DNA of 64,000 nucleotides from an uncultured Gemmatimonadales bacterium (GTDB lineage Bacteria; Gemmatimonadota; Gemmatimonadetes; Longimicrobiales; Longimicrobiaceae): NCBI GenBank assembly GCA_963716255.1, contig OY970303.1, positions 4,576,001 to 4,640,000 of the forward strand, read 5' to 3'. Shown piece by piece: positions 9,930 to 19,143 of this stretch (position 1 is its first letter; each line of letters starts with the position of its first letter). The notes under the pieces were generated by a model. It saw only the letters and a program-made list of their open reading frames with translations, ran no database searches and was not told where the DNA came from. The position numbers and the translations under genes were made by a program.

Positions 9930-10340
9930 ATGCCGGCCGTACGTCCGCGCTCGCGCGCGCTCTACCTCGCGCTCGCCCTCGCCGTGGTCGCGCTGGGGCT
10001 GGCGTCGCGGCGGTACCGGCCGGCGCTGCCCCCGTTCGTCGGCGCGTACGCGGGGGACACGCTGTGGGCGGCCATGGTGTACCTGCTCGCCTGCGCGTGC
10101 CGGCCCCGGGCGCGCGTCGCCACGCTTGCGGCGGGGGCGCTGCTGTTCGCCTTCGGCATCGAGGGCGCGCAGCTGTACCACGCCCCGTGGATCGACGCGG
10201 TCCGCGCGACCCGCGCGGGCGCGCTGGTGCTCGGCCACGACTTCGTGTGGAGCGACCTGCTCTGCTATGCGGCGGGGGTGCTCCTCGCCGCCGCCGCCGA
10301 CCTGCGGCTCCGGGCCCGGCGGGCGGGGGCGCCGGCCTGA
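9930..10340 (+). CDS. DUF2809-family membrane protein
   Basis: YAGDTLWA, IEGAQLYHAPW and LVLGHDFVWSDLLCY motifs. Confidence 0.85.
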   Translation: MPAVRPRSRALYLALALAVVALGLASRRYRPALPPFVGAYAGDTLWAAMVYLLACACRPRARVATLAAGALLFAFGIEGAQLYHAPWIDAVRATRAGALVLGHDFVWSDLLCYAAGVLLAAAADLRLRARRAGAPA

Positions 10341-10415
10341 CGCTGCGTCACGGCGCCCCGTGGCGGGGCGGCCGGGAGCCGGGCGAGTGCGCCCGGTCCC
10401 CGGCTCCAGGGGTCG

Positions 10416-10625
10416 TCAGAACAGGCAGAGGCACTGCCCGTTGTTGCAGCGGCCCTCGATCCCGCCCTGGGCCTGGCACTGCTTGTTGCACGCCTTGGGA
10501 TTGCAGGCGCGTGCCGCCTCGTGGCCGGCGGGGGCGGCGAACGCCTGCGCGGCGCCGAACCCCAGTGAAGCCGTGAGCGCCAGCGCGGCCAGCGCGTTCC
10601 GAGCCTGCTTCAGCGTTCCTTTCAT
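10416..10625 (-). CDS. Secreted six-cysteine defensin-like (CSalpha-beta-type) peptide, 69 aa
   Basis: GGAGG RBS and signal peptide ending AQAFA; core ACNPKACNKQCQAQGGIEGRCNNGQCLCLF. Confidence 0.8.
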   Translation of the reverse strand: MKGTLKQARNALAALALTASLGFGAAQAFAAPAGHEAARACNPKACNKQCQAQGGIEGRCNNGQCLCLF

Positions 10626-10815
10626 CCGGACCTCCGTGTTTGGGTGTCCCGCCGCGCATGCGGCGTGGCGCAACACGCCCGCACGTCCCGTTCCCGATGC
10701 GAGTCCGCTAGTATGCGATGCCGCGCCGGAGAAGGCCACATCTACGGAACGAGTCCCGTAGCGGGTCGCGCCCGGTTAGATTCTCCACATCGGAGACCAC
10801 GCTCCACCCGCGCTC

Positions 10816-11571
10816 ATGTCCCGTCTCCCGCTTCGCATCGCCGCCGCGCTGCTCCTGGGGGCGCTCGCCGCCTGTACGCACAACCTGCGGCAGGTGCAGG
10901 ACCCGCCGCGCTCGGCGGCGGTGGCGACGGCGTACCCGTGGAACAGCATGGTCTACCTGGCGCGCACCGACAGCGGGGTGGTGGTGATCGACCTGGGGTG
11001 GTACGGGGCGGAGCGGGCGCTGCGACGCGGGCTGCGGCGCCTCGGTGCCGCCCCGGAGGAGGTGGCCGGAGTCTTCCTCACCCACAGCCACCGCGACCAC
11101 ATCGGCGGGTGGCGGGCGGTGCGCCACGCGCCCTTCCACGTGGCCGCCGCCGAGGTGGCGCTGCTGGAGGGCGGCGCGCACCACCCCGACCTTCCCTCGC
11201 GTGCCGGCGAGCGGCTGGCCGGCAACCCCGCGCCCTGGCACGGCGAGGTGGAGGTGCGCCCCTTCGCCTCGGACACCGCCTTCGTCTTCGGGCGCGACAC
11301 CGTGCGCGCCTTCCCCGTCCCCGGCCACACCGCCGGGAGCGCCGCCTACCTCGTCCGCGGTGTCCTCTTCGTCGGCGACGCGGTGGCCTACTCATACCTG
11401 GGCGGCTTCCGCCCCGCCTTCGGCATCTTCACCGATGACCCCGAGCGCGGCCGCGCCAGCATGGCCGCCCTGTGGGAGCGCGTGCGCCCCTACGCCCCGC
11501 GCTGGGTGTGCACCGCGCACGCCAAGTGCGCCCCCGCCGACTCCGCCTTCGCCCGCAAGGTGATCCGGTAG
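10816..11571 (+). CDS. MBL-fold metallo-hydrolase lipoprotein
   Basis: LAAC lipobox; THSHRDH, PGHTAGS, GDA and C-terminal TAH motifs. Confidence 0.88.
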   Translation: MSRLPLRIAAALLLGALAACTHNLRQVQDPPRSAAVATAYPWNSMVYLARTDSGVVVIDLGWYGAERALRRGLRRLGAAPEEVAGVFLTHSHRDHIGGWRAVRHAPFHVAAAEVALLEGGAHHPDLPSRAGERLAGNPAPWHGEVEVRPFASDTAFVFGRDTVRAFPVPGHTAGSAAYLVRGVLFVGDAVAYSYLGGFRPAFGIFTDDPERGRASMAALWERVRPYAPRWVCTAHAKCAPADSAFARKVIR

Positions 11572-11577
11572 GTACGA

Positions 11578-11617
11578 AACGGCGCCGCCACCGGGATCCT
11601 CCGGTGGCGGCGCCGTT
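11578..11617. terminator. GC-rich hairpin (family C)
   Basis: AACGGCGCCGCCACCGG-GATCCT-CCGGTGGCGGCGCCGTT right after the MBL stop. Confidence 0.6.
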
Positions 11618-11747
11618 CGCGTGAGGGATTACGGCCCGGAGGGGCGAGACCGCGCGGCTGTTTGCGCGGGCTCGACTCCGTTAAGCACGGTTGTATCGTG
11701 CTTTACGGAGCCGAAGCCCGACCCCGGCGCCAGCCGGGGGCACGCCC
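11618..11747 (-). repeat. Family-A structured repeat, copy 2
   Basis: Inner stem AGCACG/CGTGCT. Confidence 0.9.
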
Positions 11748-11758
11748 CACCCCGCAGT

Positions 11759-12280
11759 TCAAAGCCGTTCCCGCACGTAGATCTTCTTTTCCAGCACCAC
11801 CCGCTCGTCGGCCTGGAAGTTCCCCCCCACCACCCGCCGCCCCTGCACGCGCAGCACGGCCTCACCCGGCTGCGGAAAGGTCACGGCCACGGTGCGCGGA
11901 AGCTCCACCAGCGCGTCGCCGCACGCCGTCCAGTGGTCCTCGGGCGTGTAGTCGAAGGGCGTGATCAGCGCGATCCCGGGCTGCTGCATGTCCACCTGCG
12001 CCCCGGAGGCCGCCCAGCAGACGGTGGGGCCCACGGTGGTGACCACGACCGGAAAGGGAATCCCCGCCTGCACGGTGTCCGGCGCGGCGACGCCCGGCCG
12101 GGGGGCGCCCGGCGAGCCGGTCTGGGGGGACGTGGCACCTCCGTACACCGGGGCCGCCACCCAGGCCAGGATCCCCACGGCGTGCACGCCGCCGTCCGGA
12201 GCGGCCGTGACCGCGGCGCCGTCGCAGGCGGCCACCAGCGCGGCGGCCAGTGCCAGGGTGCAACGAGTCGGGAAATGCAT
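11759..12280 (-). CDS. Hypothetical lipoprotein
   Basis: LVAAC lipobox; beta-rich body with a Cys pair. Confidence 0.7.
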   Translation of the reverse strand: MHFPTRCTLALAAALVAACDGAAVTAAPDGGVHAVGILAWVAAPVYGGATSPQTGSPGAPRPGVAAPDTVQAGIPFPVVVTTVGPTVCWAASGAQVDMQQPGIALITPFDYTPEDHWTACGDALVELPRTVAVTFPQPGEAVLRVQGRRVVGGNFQADERVVLEKKIYVRERL

Positions 12281-12441
12281 GGAAGTCTCCGTGTCCGCCT
12301 CCGGAGGGACGGCTCGCGTCGCGCGGGCGCTCGCCTCCGGCGGGGTGGTTCGGTTCGGCTGGCTGGTACGCGGTTGACGAGCGGGCCGGCGGAAGGGTCA
12401 CACCGGGCCGGGGGCGCGCGGGCCCCCGGCCCTCCCGCCGG

Positions 12442-13977
12442 TCAGAATCCCCAGCCGCCGCCCCCGCTGCCGTCGCAGATGTTGCTCCCCACGCAGCCGT
12501 CCGCGGGCGAGTTCGTGAAGAAGCGCGAGGTGTTGCGCATCTCCCCGTTGGAGTACACCGCCACCTGCAGGGTGAAGTCCCCGTCGCCCGCGGTGACGTG
12601 CACCGTCTGGGTGCCGCCGGTCCCCAGCAGCTGCTCGTAGCCGGTGGCGTGATTGTACAGCGACCACTGGTAGGTGTAGGTGCCGTTTCCGCCCTCGGGG
12701 ACCGCGTTCCAGGTGTAGTAGCCCGTGCCGGAAACGCCCACGGGTCCGGAGATGGACACCCCGAAGTACCAGGGGCGCGCGTAGGCCAGCCGGTTCGGCG
12801 ACCCGTGCGTGTCGCCGATCCTCCCCTGGGTGGAGGAGTTGAGCACCGCGTCGCGGATCTTCCAGACGGGCGCCTGGGGCTCCGCCTGGAGGTAGAGCGC
12901 CACCACTCCGGCCACAAGCGGCGAGGCCATGGAAGTCCCGGAGATGGTGCGGCTGTCTGTGTCGCTCCCGGCCCACGCGGAGGTGATCCCCGTCCCCGGG
13001 GAGAACACGTGCACGCAGCTGCCCCAGTTGGAGTCGGGGGCACGCCAGTCGTTGCTGTCGGAGCTCCCCACGGTGATCACGCTGGCGACCCGCTTGGGCG
13101 AGTAGTTGCAGGCGTCCGCGTTGCTGTTGCCCGCCGAGGTGACCACCGGCACGCCGGCGTTGATCAGGCTGGTGACCGCCGCGTCGATGTCGGAGCGGGC
13201 GGACCAGGTGTAGCTCAGGTTGACCACCGCCGGCTTGACGTGGTTGGCGCGCACCCAGTCCAGCCCGGCCAGCGCTCCGCTCACCGTCGCGGCGCCGTTG
13301 CAGTTGGCGATGCGGATGGCGTGCACCACGGCGTCGCGCGCGACCCCGTAGGTGGCGCCGGCCGTGGTCGCCGCCACGTGCGTGCCGTGTCCGCTGCAGT
13401 CGTCCGCGCCGCGGCCGTCGTTGATCGCCGTGTAGTCGTGGCGCGCACGGGCGCCGTAGCCGAACTCGGCGTGGGTGCGGCGGATGCCGCTGTCCACAAC
13501 GTAGATGTTCACCCCGGCGCCGGTGGCGTTGGGGGTGAAGGCGCCGTTCAGCGGCAGGTCGCGCTGGTCGGCGCGGTCCAGGCTCCAGGGCGACGCGGAC
13601 TGGTCCGCCACCCCGACCTCGTCCTGGACGATCTGCTTCACCAGGGGGTGCTTGCGGAGCGCTTCCACGGCGGCGGGGGCGAGCTGCACCGCGAAGCCCT
13701 TGAGGGCGTGCTCGTAGACGAAGAGCAGGGAGTCGCCCTTGCCGCGCGACATGGAGCGGGCGAAGCCGCGCACGTCTGCGGCCTCCGGCTTCAGGATCAC
13801 CACGTACTGGTCGGGGATGCGCTTCGCCGGTGTGGCGGTGTCCGCACGGGCGAGCAGCGGGGCGTCGCCGGCGCCGGTGAGCGGGGCCGCGCCCCGGTCG
13901 GTGCAGGCCGCGCCCAGCAGGGCGACGGCGAGCAAAAGCCAGCGAGGACCTCCGTGCCGCGTCTTCGGGAGGGACAT
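12442..13977 (-). CDS. S8 subtilase (aqualysin/proteinase K-like) lipoprotein with I9 propeptide and C-terminal Ig/PKD-like domain
   Basis: LGAAC lipobox; catalytic triad in VVDSG, HGTHVA and GTSMASP; start after GGAG at 13977. Confidence 0.93.
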   Translation of the reverse strand: MSLPKTRHGGPRWLLLAVALLGAACTDRGAAPLTGAGDAPLLARADTATPAKRIPDQYVVILKPEAADVRGFARSMSRGKGDSLLFVYEHALKGFAVQLAPAAVEALRKHPLVKQIVQDEVGVADQSASPWSLDRADQRDLPLNGAFTPNATGAGVNIYVVDSGIRRTHAEFGYGARARHDYTAINDGRGADDCSGHGTHVAATTAGATYGVARDAVVHAIRIANCNGAATVSGALAGLDWVRANHVKPAVVNLSYTWSARSDIDAAVTSLINAGVPVVTSAGNSNADACNYSPKRVASVITVGSSDSNDWRAPDSNWGSCVHVFSPGTGITSAWAGSDTDSRTISGTSMASPLVAGVVALYLQAEPQAPVWKIRDAVLNSSTQGRIGDTHGSPNRLAYARPWYFGVSISGPVGVSGTGYYTWNAVPEGGNGTYTYQWSLYNHATGYEQLLGTGGTQTVHVTAGDGDFTLQVAVYSNGEMRNTSRFFTNSPADGCVGSNICDGSGGGGWGF

Positions 13978-14299
13978 GGAAGGCTCCATGGTTCGGGTGT
14001 GCCCGGCGATGCGGGCGCGGCTTTCCTGCCGGCGCCGTGGCGGCGTCCGGCGAAAGCGGTCAAAGGGGTGCATGTCTTCGCTCCGGCCCCGGGGATGCGG
14101 GGCGGGGGGCGGCGCGCTCCTCCCGGTGGCGATGCGGGCGGGGAGGGCCCCCGTTCGTCCACCACGCGTCCGTCCTCCGCCCCTCAGGACGAGCGCTGTC
14201 CCCCTCGCGTCACGGCCCCTGATGACCGGCTCGGAGTGGCGCGAATGGGACCGTCTCGTCACGCCAACAACATGCACTGCTCGGATGAACGGCAGGGGT

Positions 14300-14429
14300 G
14301 GGCGTGCCCCCGGCTGGCGCCGGGGTCGGGCTTCGGCTCCGTAACGCACGAAACAACCGTGCGTAACGGAGTCGAGCCCCCGCAAACGGCCGCGGGGTCT
14401 CGCCCCTTCGGGCCGAAATCCCTCACGCG
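14300..14429 (+). repeat. Family-A structured repeat, copy 3
   Basis: Inner stem CGCACG/CGTGCG. Confidence 0.9.
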
Positions 14430-14564
14430 GGCTCCGGGGCATTGCCGCGGCTGATTTCCATTTCCCGGCCTTTGCCGCGGGACAGGGAGGCGGCGGTGAA
14501 CCGCGCCAGCCCATTCCCGCCCGTCTCCGGTGAACGTCCACCGCGAGCTGCTTCGCGCGGCGAC

Positions 14565-14762
14565 AAAAAGCCCCTCCCCCAGTTTTGGGGGAGGGGTTGG
14601 GGAGGGGGCCCCCGCGGACGCCAGCGCGATCCCCGCGTGAGGGATGCGAGCGCGAAGCGGCGAGACCCGACGGCAGTATCGTCGGGGCTCGCCTCCGTTA
14701 GGCAGCGTCGTTTGCTGCCTTACGGAGCCGCAGCCCGACCCCGCGTCAGCGGGGGCACGCCC
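14565..14762 (-). repeat. Family-A copy 4 (divergent, 14634-14762) fused to a C-rich/G-rich hairpin tail
   Basis: Inner stem GGCAGC/GCTGCC; tail CCCCTCCCCCA...TGGGGGAGGGGCTTTT resembles the one at 39273. Confidence 0.85.
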
Positions 14763-14777
14763 AACCCGCCGTGTACG

Positions 14778-16649
14778 TCACGTGCGGAAACCACTCACCA
14801 GCTCGCGCATCCGCTCGGCCGCGTGCAGCAGCTCCGCGCTGGAGGCCGACATCTCCTCCGTGGCGGCGGACTGCTCCTCGGCGGCGGCGGACACCTCCTG
14901 GGCGCTGGCGGCGTGCGACTCGGAGGTGCCGGACACCTCCGTCATCCCGCCCTCCACGTCGCGCATGGCGTCCTGGTTGCGGGTGACGGCGTCCACCACA
15001 CGGTCGGCGGCGAGGCGCACCCCGTCCACCGCGGCGATGATCTGCTCCAGCGCCGCGTCCGCGCCCTTGGACACCTGCTCCACGCCGGCGACCTTGTCGG
15101 TCCCCTGCTGCATGGTGGTCACCACCCCCTCGATGCGGGAGCGGATCCCGCTGACGTTCTGGGCCACCTCCTGCGCGGCGCGCGCCGAGCCCTCGGCCAG
15201 CTTGCGGACCTCCTCGGCCACGACCGCGAAGCCGCGGCCGTGCTCGCCGGCGCGAGCCGCTTCGATGGCGGCGTTCAGCGCCAGCAGGTTGGTCTGCCGG
15301 GCGATGCCGGTGATGGTTTCCACGAAGCGGTCGATCTGGATGGACGACTGCTTGAGCTCGGCCACCTGCTGCGCCGACTCGTGCACCACCTCGCGCACCT
15401 CCAGCAGGAGCTGCAGCGCGGTCCCCACCTGCGCGCGGCTCCCGCCGGCCACGGTGGAGATCTGCTCGCCCAGCGCGGTCACGCTCTGCGAGGCCGAGGC
15501 GATCTCCTGGGTGCGGCGGCGCATCTGCTCCAGCGCCTCCATGGTGGTCTGCAGGCCGCGCGTCTGGCTCTCGGCGCCGCTGGCGATCCCCACCATCGCG
15601 GTGGCGACCTCGCTGCTGGAAGCGGCCACCTCCTCGCTGATGCTGGACAGGTCCGAGGCGAAGGCCGAGATCTGCGACGAGGTGGTCACCGTTTCCGAGA
15701 CGATGTTGCGGAGCTGCGCCGCCATGCCGTTGAAGGCGTCCGACAGCGAGGCGAACTCCGTGGTCATGCGCCCGTCCAGGTGGATGCGCAGGTCGCCCTC
15801 GCCCAGCTGCTCCGCCGCGCCCATCAGGTTCTGCAGCGGGGTGTTGATGTCGCGCAGCGCCGTGAGGATCAGCCCGATGGCCGCGAGCACCGCGACCACC
15901 GAGATGAAGACGAGCAGGCGCTTGCGGTCGCGCGCGGTGCGCGCCAGCTCGACCGACGCCGCGGACACCTTTTCCGCCTGCGCCGCGCTCACCTTGCCGA
16001 TCTCGGACTGCAGCGTGTCGGTGAGGGGGCGCACGGCCGCCACCCGCGCCACCGCGCGCTCGCCCTCGCCGTTGTCGGCGAGGGCGTGGGCGAGGGCGTA
16101 CTGCACCTCGATCCTGGAGTGCAGGCCCTCGATCCGCTCGATCTCCTGCCGCTCGGCGGAGGACAGGTTCTCCAGCTCGCGGTAGGCCGTCTGCTGCTCG
16201 TGCGCCCTGAGGCCCACGGCGGCGAAGGTGCGGGCGATGCCGGCGTCGCGGCTCACCAGGTAGCGCTCCCCGGCGGCGATCTGGCTGAGGATCTGCGATT
16301 CCAGCGAGCCGCCGATGGCGGTGGTGCTCCGCAGCGACTCCAGCCGGGTGTCCATGGCCCGGGTCAGGCCGTCCAACGTGTACACGCTGACCACCGCGCC
16401 GGCCGCGATGAGGAAGACCAGGAGCAAGCTCCCGGCGTACAGCCGCCCGCGTAGCGTGGAAAGCATTGAGCCGCCGCGGCGGACCGGGGGAGCGTTCATC
16501 GGTTCGTCGGCAGGGTCGGGGGCGGGCGCCACGGTCTCGCCGCTGCGGAAGACTTCGCGCGGGAGCCGGATCGCCGGGCGGGTGGACACGCGAGACGCGT
16601 CGGCAGGGCCGTGCTCCGGGTCGAGGTCCGGGTTCGACGGTGTGCTCAT
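14778..16649 (-). CDS. Methyl-accepting chemotaxis protein (alternative start 16466)
   Basis: Two TMs, HAMP domain and [37 protein letters not shown]. Confidence 0.95.
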   Translation of the reverse strand: MSTPSNPDLDPEHGPADASRVSTRPAIRLPREVFRSGETVAPAPDPADEPMNAPPVRRGGSMLSTLRGRLYAGSLLLVFLIAAGAVVSVYTLDGLTRAMDTRLESLRSTTAIGGSLESQILSQIAAGERYLVSRDAGIARTFAAVGLRAHEQQTAYRELENLSSAERQEIERIEGLHSRIEVQYALAHALADNGEGERAVARVAAVRPLTDTLQSEIGKVSAAQAEKVSAASVELARTARDRKRLLVFISVVAVLAAIGLILTALRDINTPLQNLMGAAEQLGEGDLRIHLDGRMTTEFASLSDAFNGMAAQLRNIVSETVTTSSQISAFASDLSSISEEVAASSSEVATAMVGIASGAESQTRGLQTTMEALEQMRRRTQEIASASQSVTALGEQISTVAGGSRAQVGTALQLLLEVREVVHESAQQVAELKQSSIQIDRFVETITGIARQTNLLALNAAIEAARAGEHGRGFAVVAEEVRKLAEGSARAAQEVAQNVSGIRSRIEGVVTTMQQGTDKVAGVEQVSKGADAALEQIIAAVDGVRLAADRVVDAVTRNQDAMRDVEGGMTEVSGTSESHAASAQEVSAAAEEQSAATEEMSASSAELLHAAERMRELVSGFRT

Positions 16650-16914
16650 GGACGGGTGCTCGGGAGCGCGGGAGGTACCACCCCGGCGCGCGGGGTGCGA
16701 AGGTCGGCATGCGGGGCGCGGAACGGCCCGCGGCCGCAGATGCGGGCGAACGCCATGTAGCCGGGAAACGAGCGGACGGGCGGTCTATGTAGGGAGAAGG
16801 CAAGGTACCTGCGGAGCGGGGGGATTGTCAACCTCGCGGCGTTGCCGGCTCCGGGGCGAGGGGCTAGTTTTCGGCGCACAGAATGAGTCAGCTTTGCGCG
16901 GGGAGTGAACGGAA

Positions 16915-18774
16915 GTGAGCCAGAAAGACAAGAACCGGGAAGAGGACGGCGCGGGCAGGGCGTACGACGTGCGGATGGTCCGGCGCCTGGTGCGCTACCT
17001 CCACCCCTACCGCCTGGCGGTGGCCGGGTCCATGGCGCTGCTGTTCGTGGGGGCGGCGCTGGAGCTGGTGGGCCCGTGGATCACCATGACGGTGCTGGAC
17101 CGCGCGGTCCCCGCGCGCGACGAGCGGCTCCTGCTGACGATGACCGCGGTGTTCGCCGGCGCGCTGGCGCTCTCGTTCGTGCTCCAGTACGCGCAGTCCA
17201 TCCTGACCACCTGGCTGGCGCAGCGGGTGATGTTCGACATCCGGGTGGAGCTGTTCTCGCACCTGCAGCGGCTGTCGCTGCGCTTCTTCGACGCCAACCC
17301 GGTCGGCCGGCTGATGACCCGGGTGACCAACGACATCGAGGTCCTGAACGAGATGTTCGGGGCGGGGGTCGTCACCATCTTCGGCGACGTCTTCGTCCTG
17401 CTCTTCATCGTGGCGGCCATGTTCCGCATGGACTGGCGCCTGGCGCTGGTCACGCTCACCATCCTTCCCTTCATCCTGGCCGCGGCCTTCCTGTTCCGGG
17501 CGCGCATCCGCGATGCGTACCGCGACATCCGCGTGCGCCTGGCGCGCATCAACGCGTACCTGCAGGAGCGCGTGGGGGGAATGCGCGTGGTGCAGCTCTT
17601 CGGGCGCGAGGAGCAGTCGCTGCGGCGCTTCCGCGACGTCAACGACGAGCACCTGGAGTCGCACCTCCGCTCCATCAAGTACTACGCCCTGTTCTTCCCG
17701 GTCATCGAGGTGCTCACCGCCGTCGCCCTTGCGCTGATCCTGTGGTACGGCGGGGTGCAGGCGCTGGACGGGGCGGTCACGGTGGGGACGATCGCCGCCT
17801 TCCTGCAGTACGCGCGGCGCTTCTTCCGCCCCATCCAGGACATGTCGGAGAAGTACAACATCCTGCAGGGGGCCATGGCGTCGTCGGAGCGCATCTTCGC
17901 CCTGCTGGACACGGAGCCGGAGATCCGCGACGACCCGGATCCGCTGCACCTGCCCGGGAGGGCTGCGGGGCTGATCGAGTTCCGCGACGTGTGGTTCCGC
18001 TACGGGGAGGCGGACCCGTGGGTGCTCAAGGGCGTGTCCTTCACGGCGCGCCCGGGCGAGCGGGTGGCGATCGTGGGGGCGACGGGTGCGGGGAAGAGCA
18101 CCATCATCAACCTGCTGATGCGCTTCTACGAGCCGGAGCAGGGGGAGATCCTGTTCGACGGCGTGCCGATCGAGCGCGTGCCCATCCGGGAGCTGCGCGG
18201 GCGCGTGGGGCTGGTGCTCCAGGACGTGTTCCTGTTCAGCGGCGAGGTGAGCTACAACGTGCGGCTGGGGCGCACGGACATCTCGGACGAGCGGATCCGG
18301 CAGGCGGCGGAGCGGGTGGGCGCGGACCCGTTCATCCGGCGGCTGCCGGGCGGGTACGAGCAGCCGCTGGGAGAGCGGGGGATCTCGCTGTCGGTGGGGG
18401 AGCGGCAGCTGGTGTCGTTCACGCGGGCGCTGGCCTTCGACCCGCCGGTGCTGGTGCTGGACGAGGCGACGAGCTCGGTGGACTCGGAGCTGGAGGCGCA
18501 GATCGAGCGTGCGCTGGGGGAGCTGATGAAGGGACGGACGTCGCTGGTGATCGCGCACCGTCTTTCGACCATCCAGAGCGCGGACCAGATCCTGGTGCTG
18601 CACCACGGGGAGATCCGGGAGCGGGGGACGCACGCCGAGCTGCTTCGGCAGGGAGGGCTGTACGCGCGCCTGCACGAGCTCCAGTTCGTGCGCGCGGAGC
18701 TGGCCCACCTGCCGCCGGGGCAGGTGGACATCGAGCCCGAGGCGGAGCCGGAAGCGGAGCAGGCGCAGGCGTAG
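16915..18774 (+). CDS. ABC exporter permease/ATPase (MdlB/TmrA-like), copy 1
   Basis: Six-TM domain; GATGAGKST, LSVGERQ, LVLDEATS and IAHRLST motifs. Confidence 0.95.
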   Translation: MSQKDKNREEDGAGRAYDVRMVRRLVRYLHPYRLAVAGSMALLFVGAALELVGPWITMTVLDRAVPARDERLLLTMTAVFAGALALSFVLQYAQSILTTWLAQRVMFDIRVELFSHLQRLSLRFFDANPVGRLMTRVTNDIEVLNEMFGAGVVTIFGDVFVLLFIVAAMFRMDWRLALVTLTILPFILAAAFLFRARIRDAYRDIRVRLARINAYLQERVGGMRVVQLFGREEQSLRRFRDVNDEHLESHLRSIKYYALFFPVIEVLTAVALALILWYGGVQALDGAVTVGTIAAFLQYARRFFRPIQDMSEKYNILQGAMASSERIFALLDTEPEIRDDPDPLHLPGRAAGLIEFRDVWFRYGEADPWVLKGVSFTARPGERVAIVGATGAGKSTIINLLMRFYEPEQGEILFDGVPIERVPIRELRGRVGLVLQDVFLFSGEVSYNVRLGRTDISDERIRQAAERVGADPFIRRLPGGYEQPLGERGISLSVGERQLVSFTRALAFDPPVLVLDEATSSVDSELEAQIERALGELMKGRTSLVIAHRLSTIQSADQILVLHHGEIRERGTHAELLRQGGLYARLHELQFVRAELAHLPPGQVDIEPEAEPEAEQAQA

Positions 18775-18788
18775 ACGGCGGGCGCCGC

Positions 18789-18984
18789 GGGCCGCTCCGG
18801 AGCCCGGCGGTACGGCTGCCGGTCTCCTGCGCGGGCTCCGGAAGCCAGCCAAACTGCCGGCTGTCTCCCTTCGCCGGAGGGAGCCTCGCCAAACGGCCGG
18901 CGAGTCTCCCACCGTGAAGAGGGACGTGGATACAGCGGAACGACGAAAGGCGCCCCTGCCGCGGGATCCCGGCGGGGGCGCCTT
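18789..18984 (+). repeat. Family-B modular repeat, copy 1, plus family-C hairpin
   Basis: GGGCCGCTCC + three GAGCC..GTCTCC hairpin modules + GATACAGCGGAACGAC; then AAGGCGCCCC...GGGGCGCCTT. Confidence 0.85.
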
Positions 18985-19143
18985 CTCGTGCTTCGTACCG
19001 CCGCTGCCGGAGGGGAGAGCGGCCCCGGTCCTCCGTACCGGAACCGAGGGCCGGACCGACCCGCTGCCCCGTTGCCGGTTCCGGGCCCTAGGGGGTAGCT
19101 TCCGGCACTCGGAACGAGTCTGCTTTGGGCCAGGAGATACGGT

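Noticed and set aside
18789..18944. Family-B internal modules as a mini CRISPR array
   Set aside because: Only three imperfect units, the intervening parts are self-complementary and shared between copies, and no cas genes are present.
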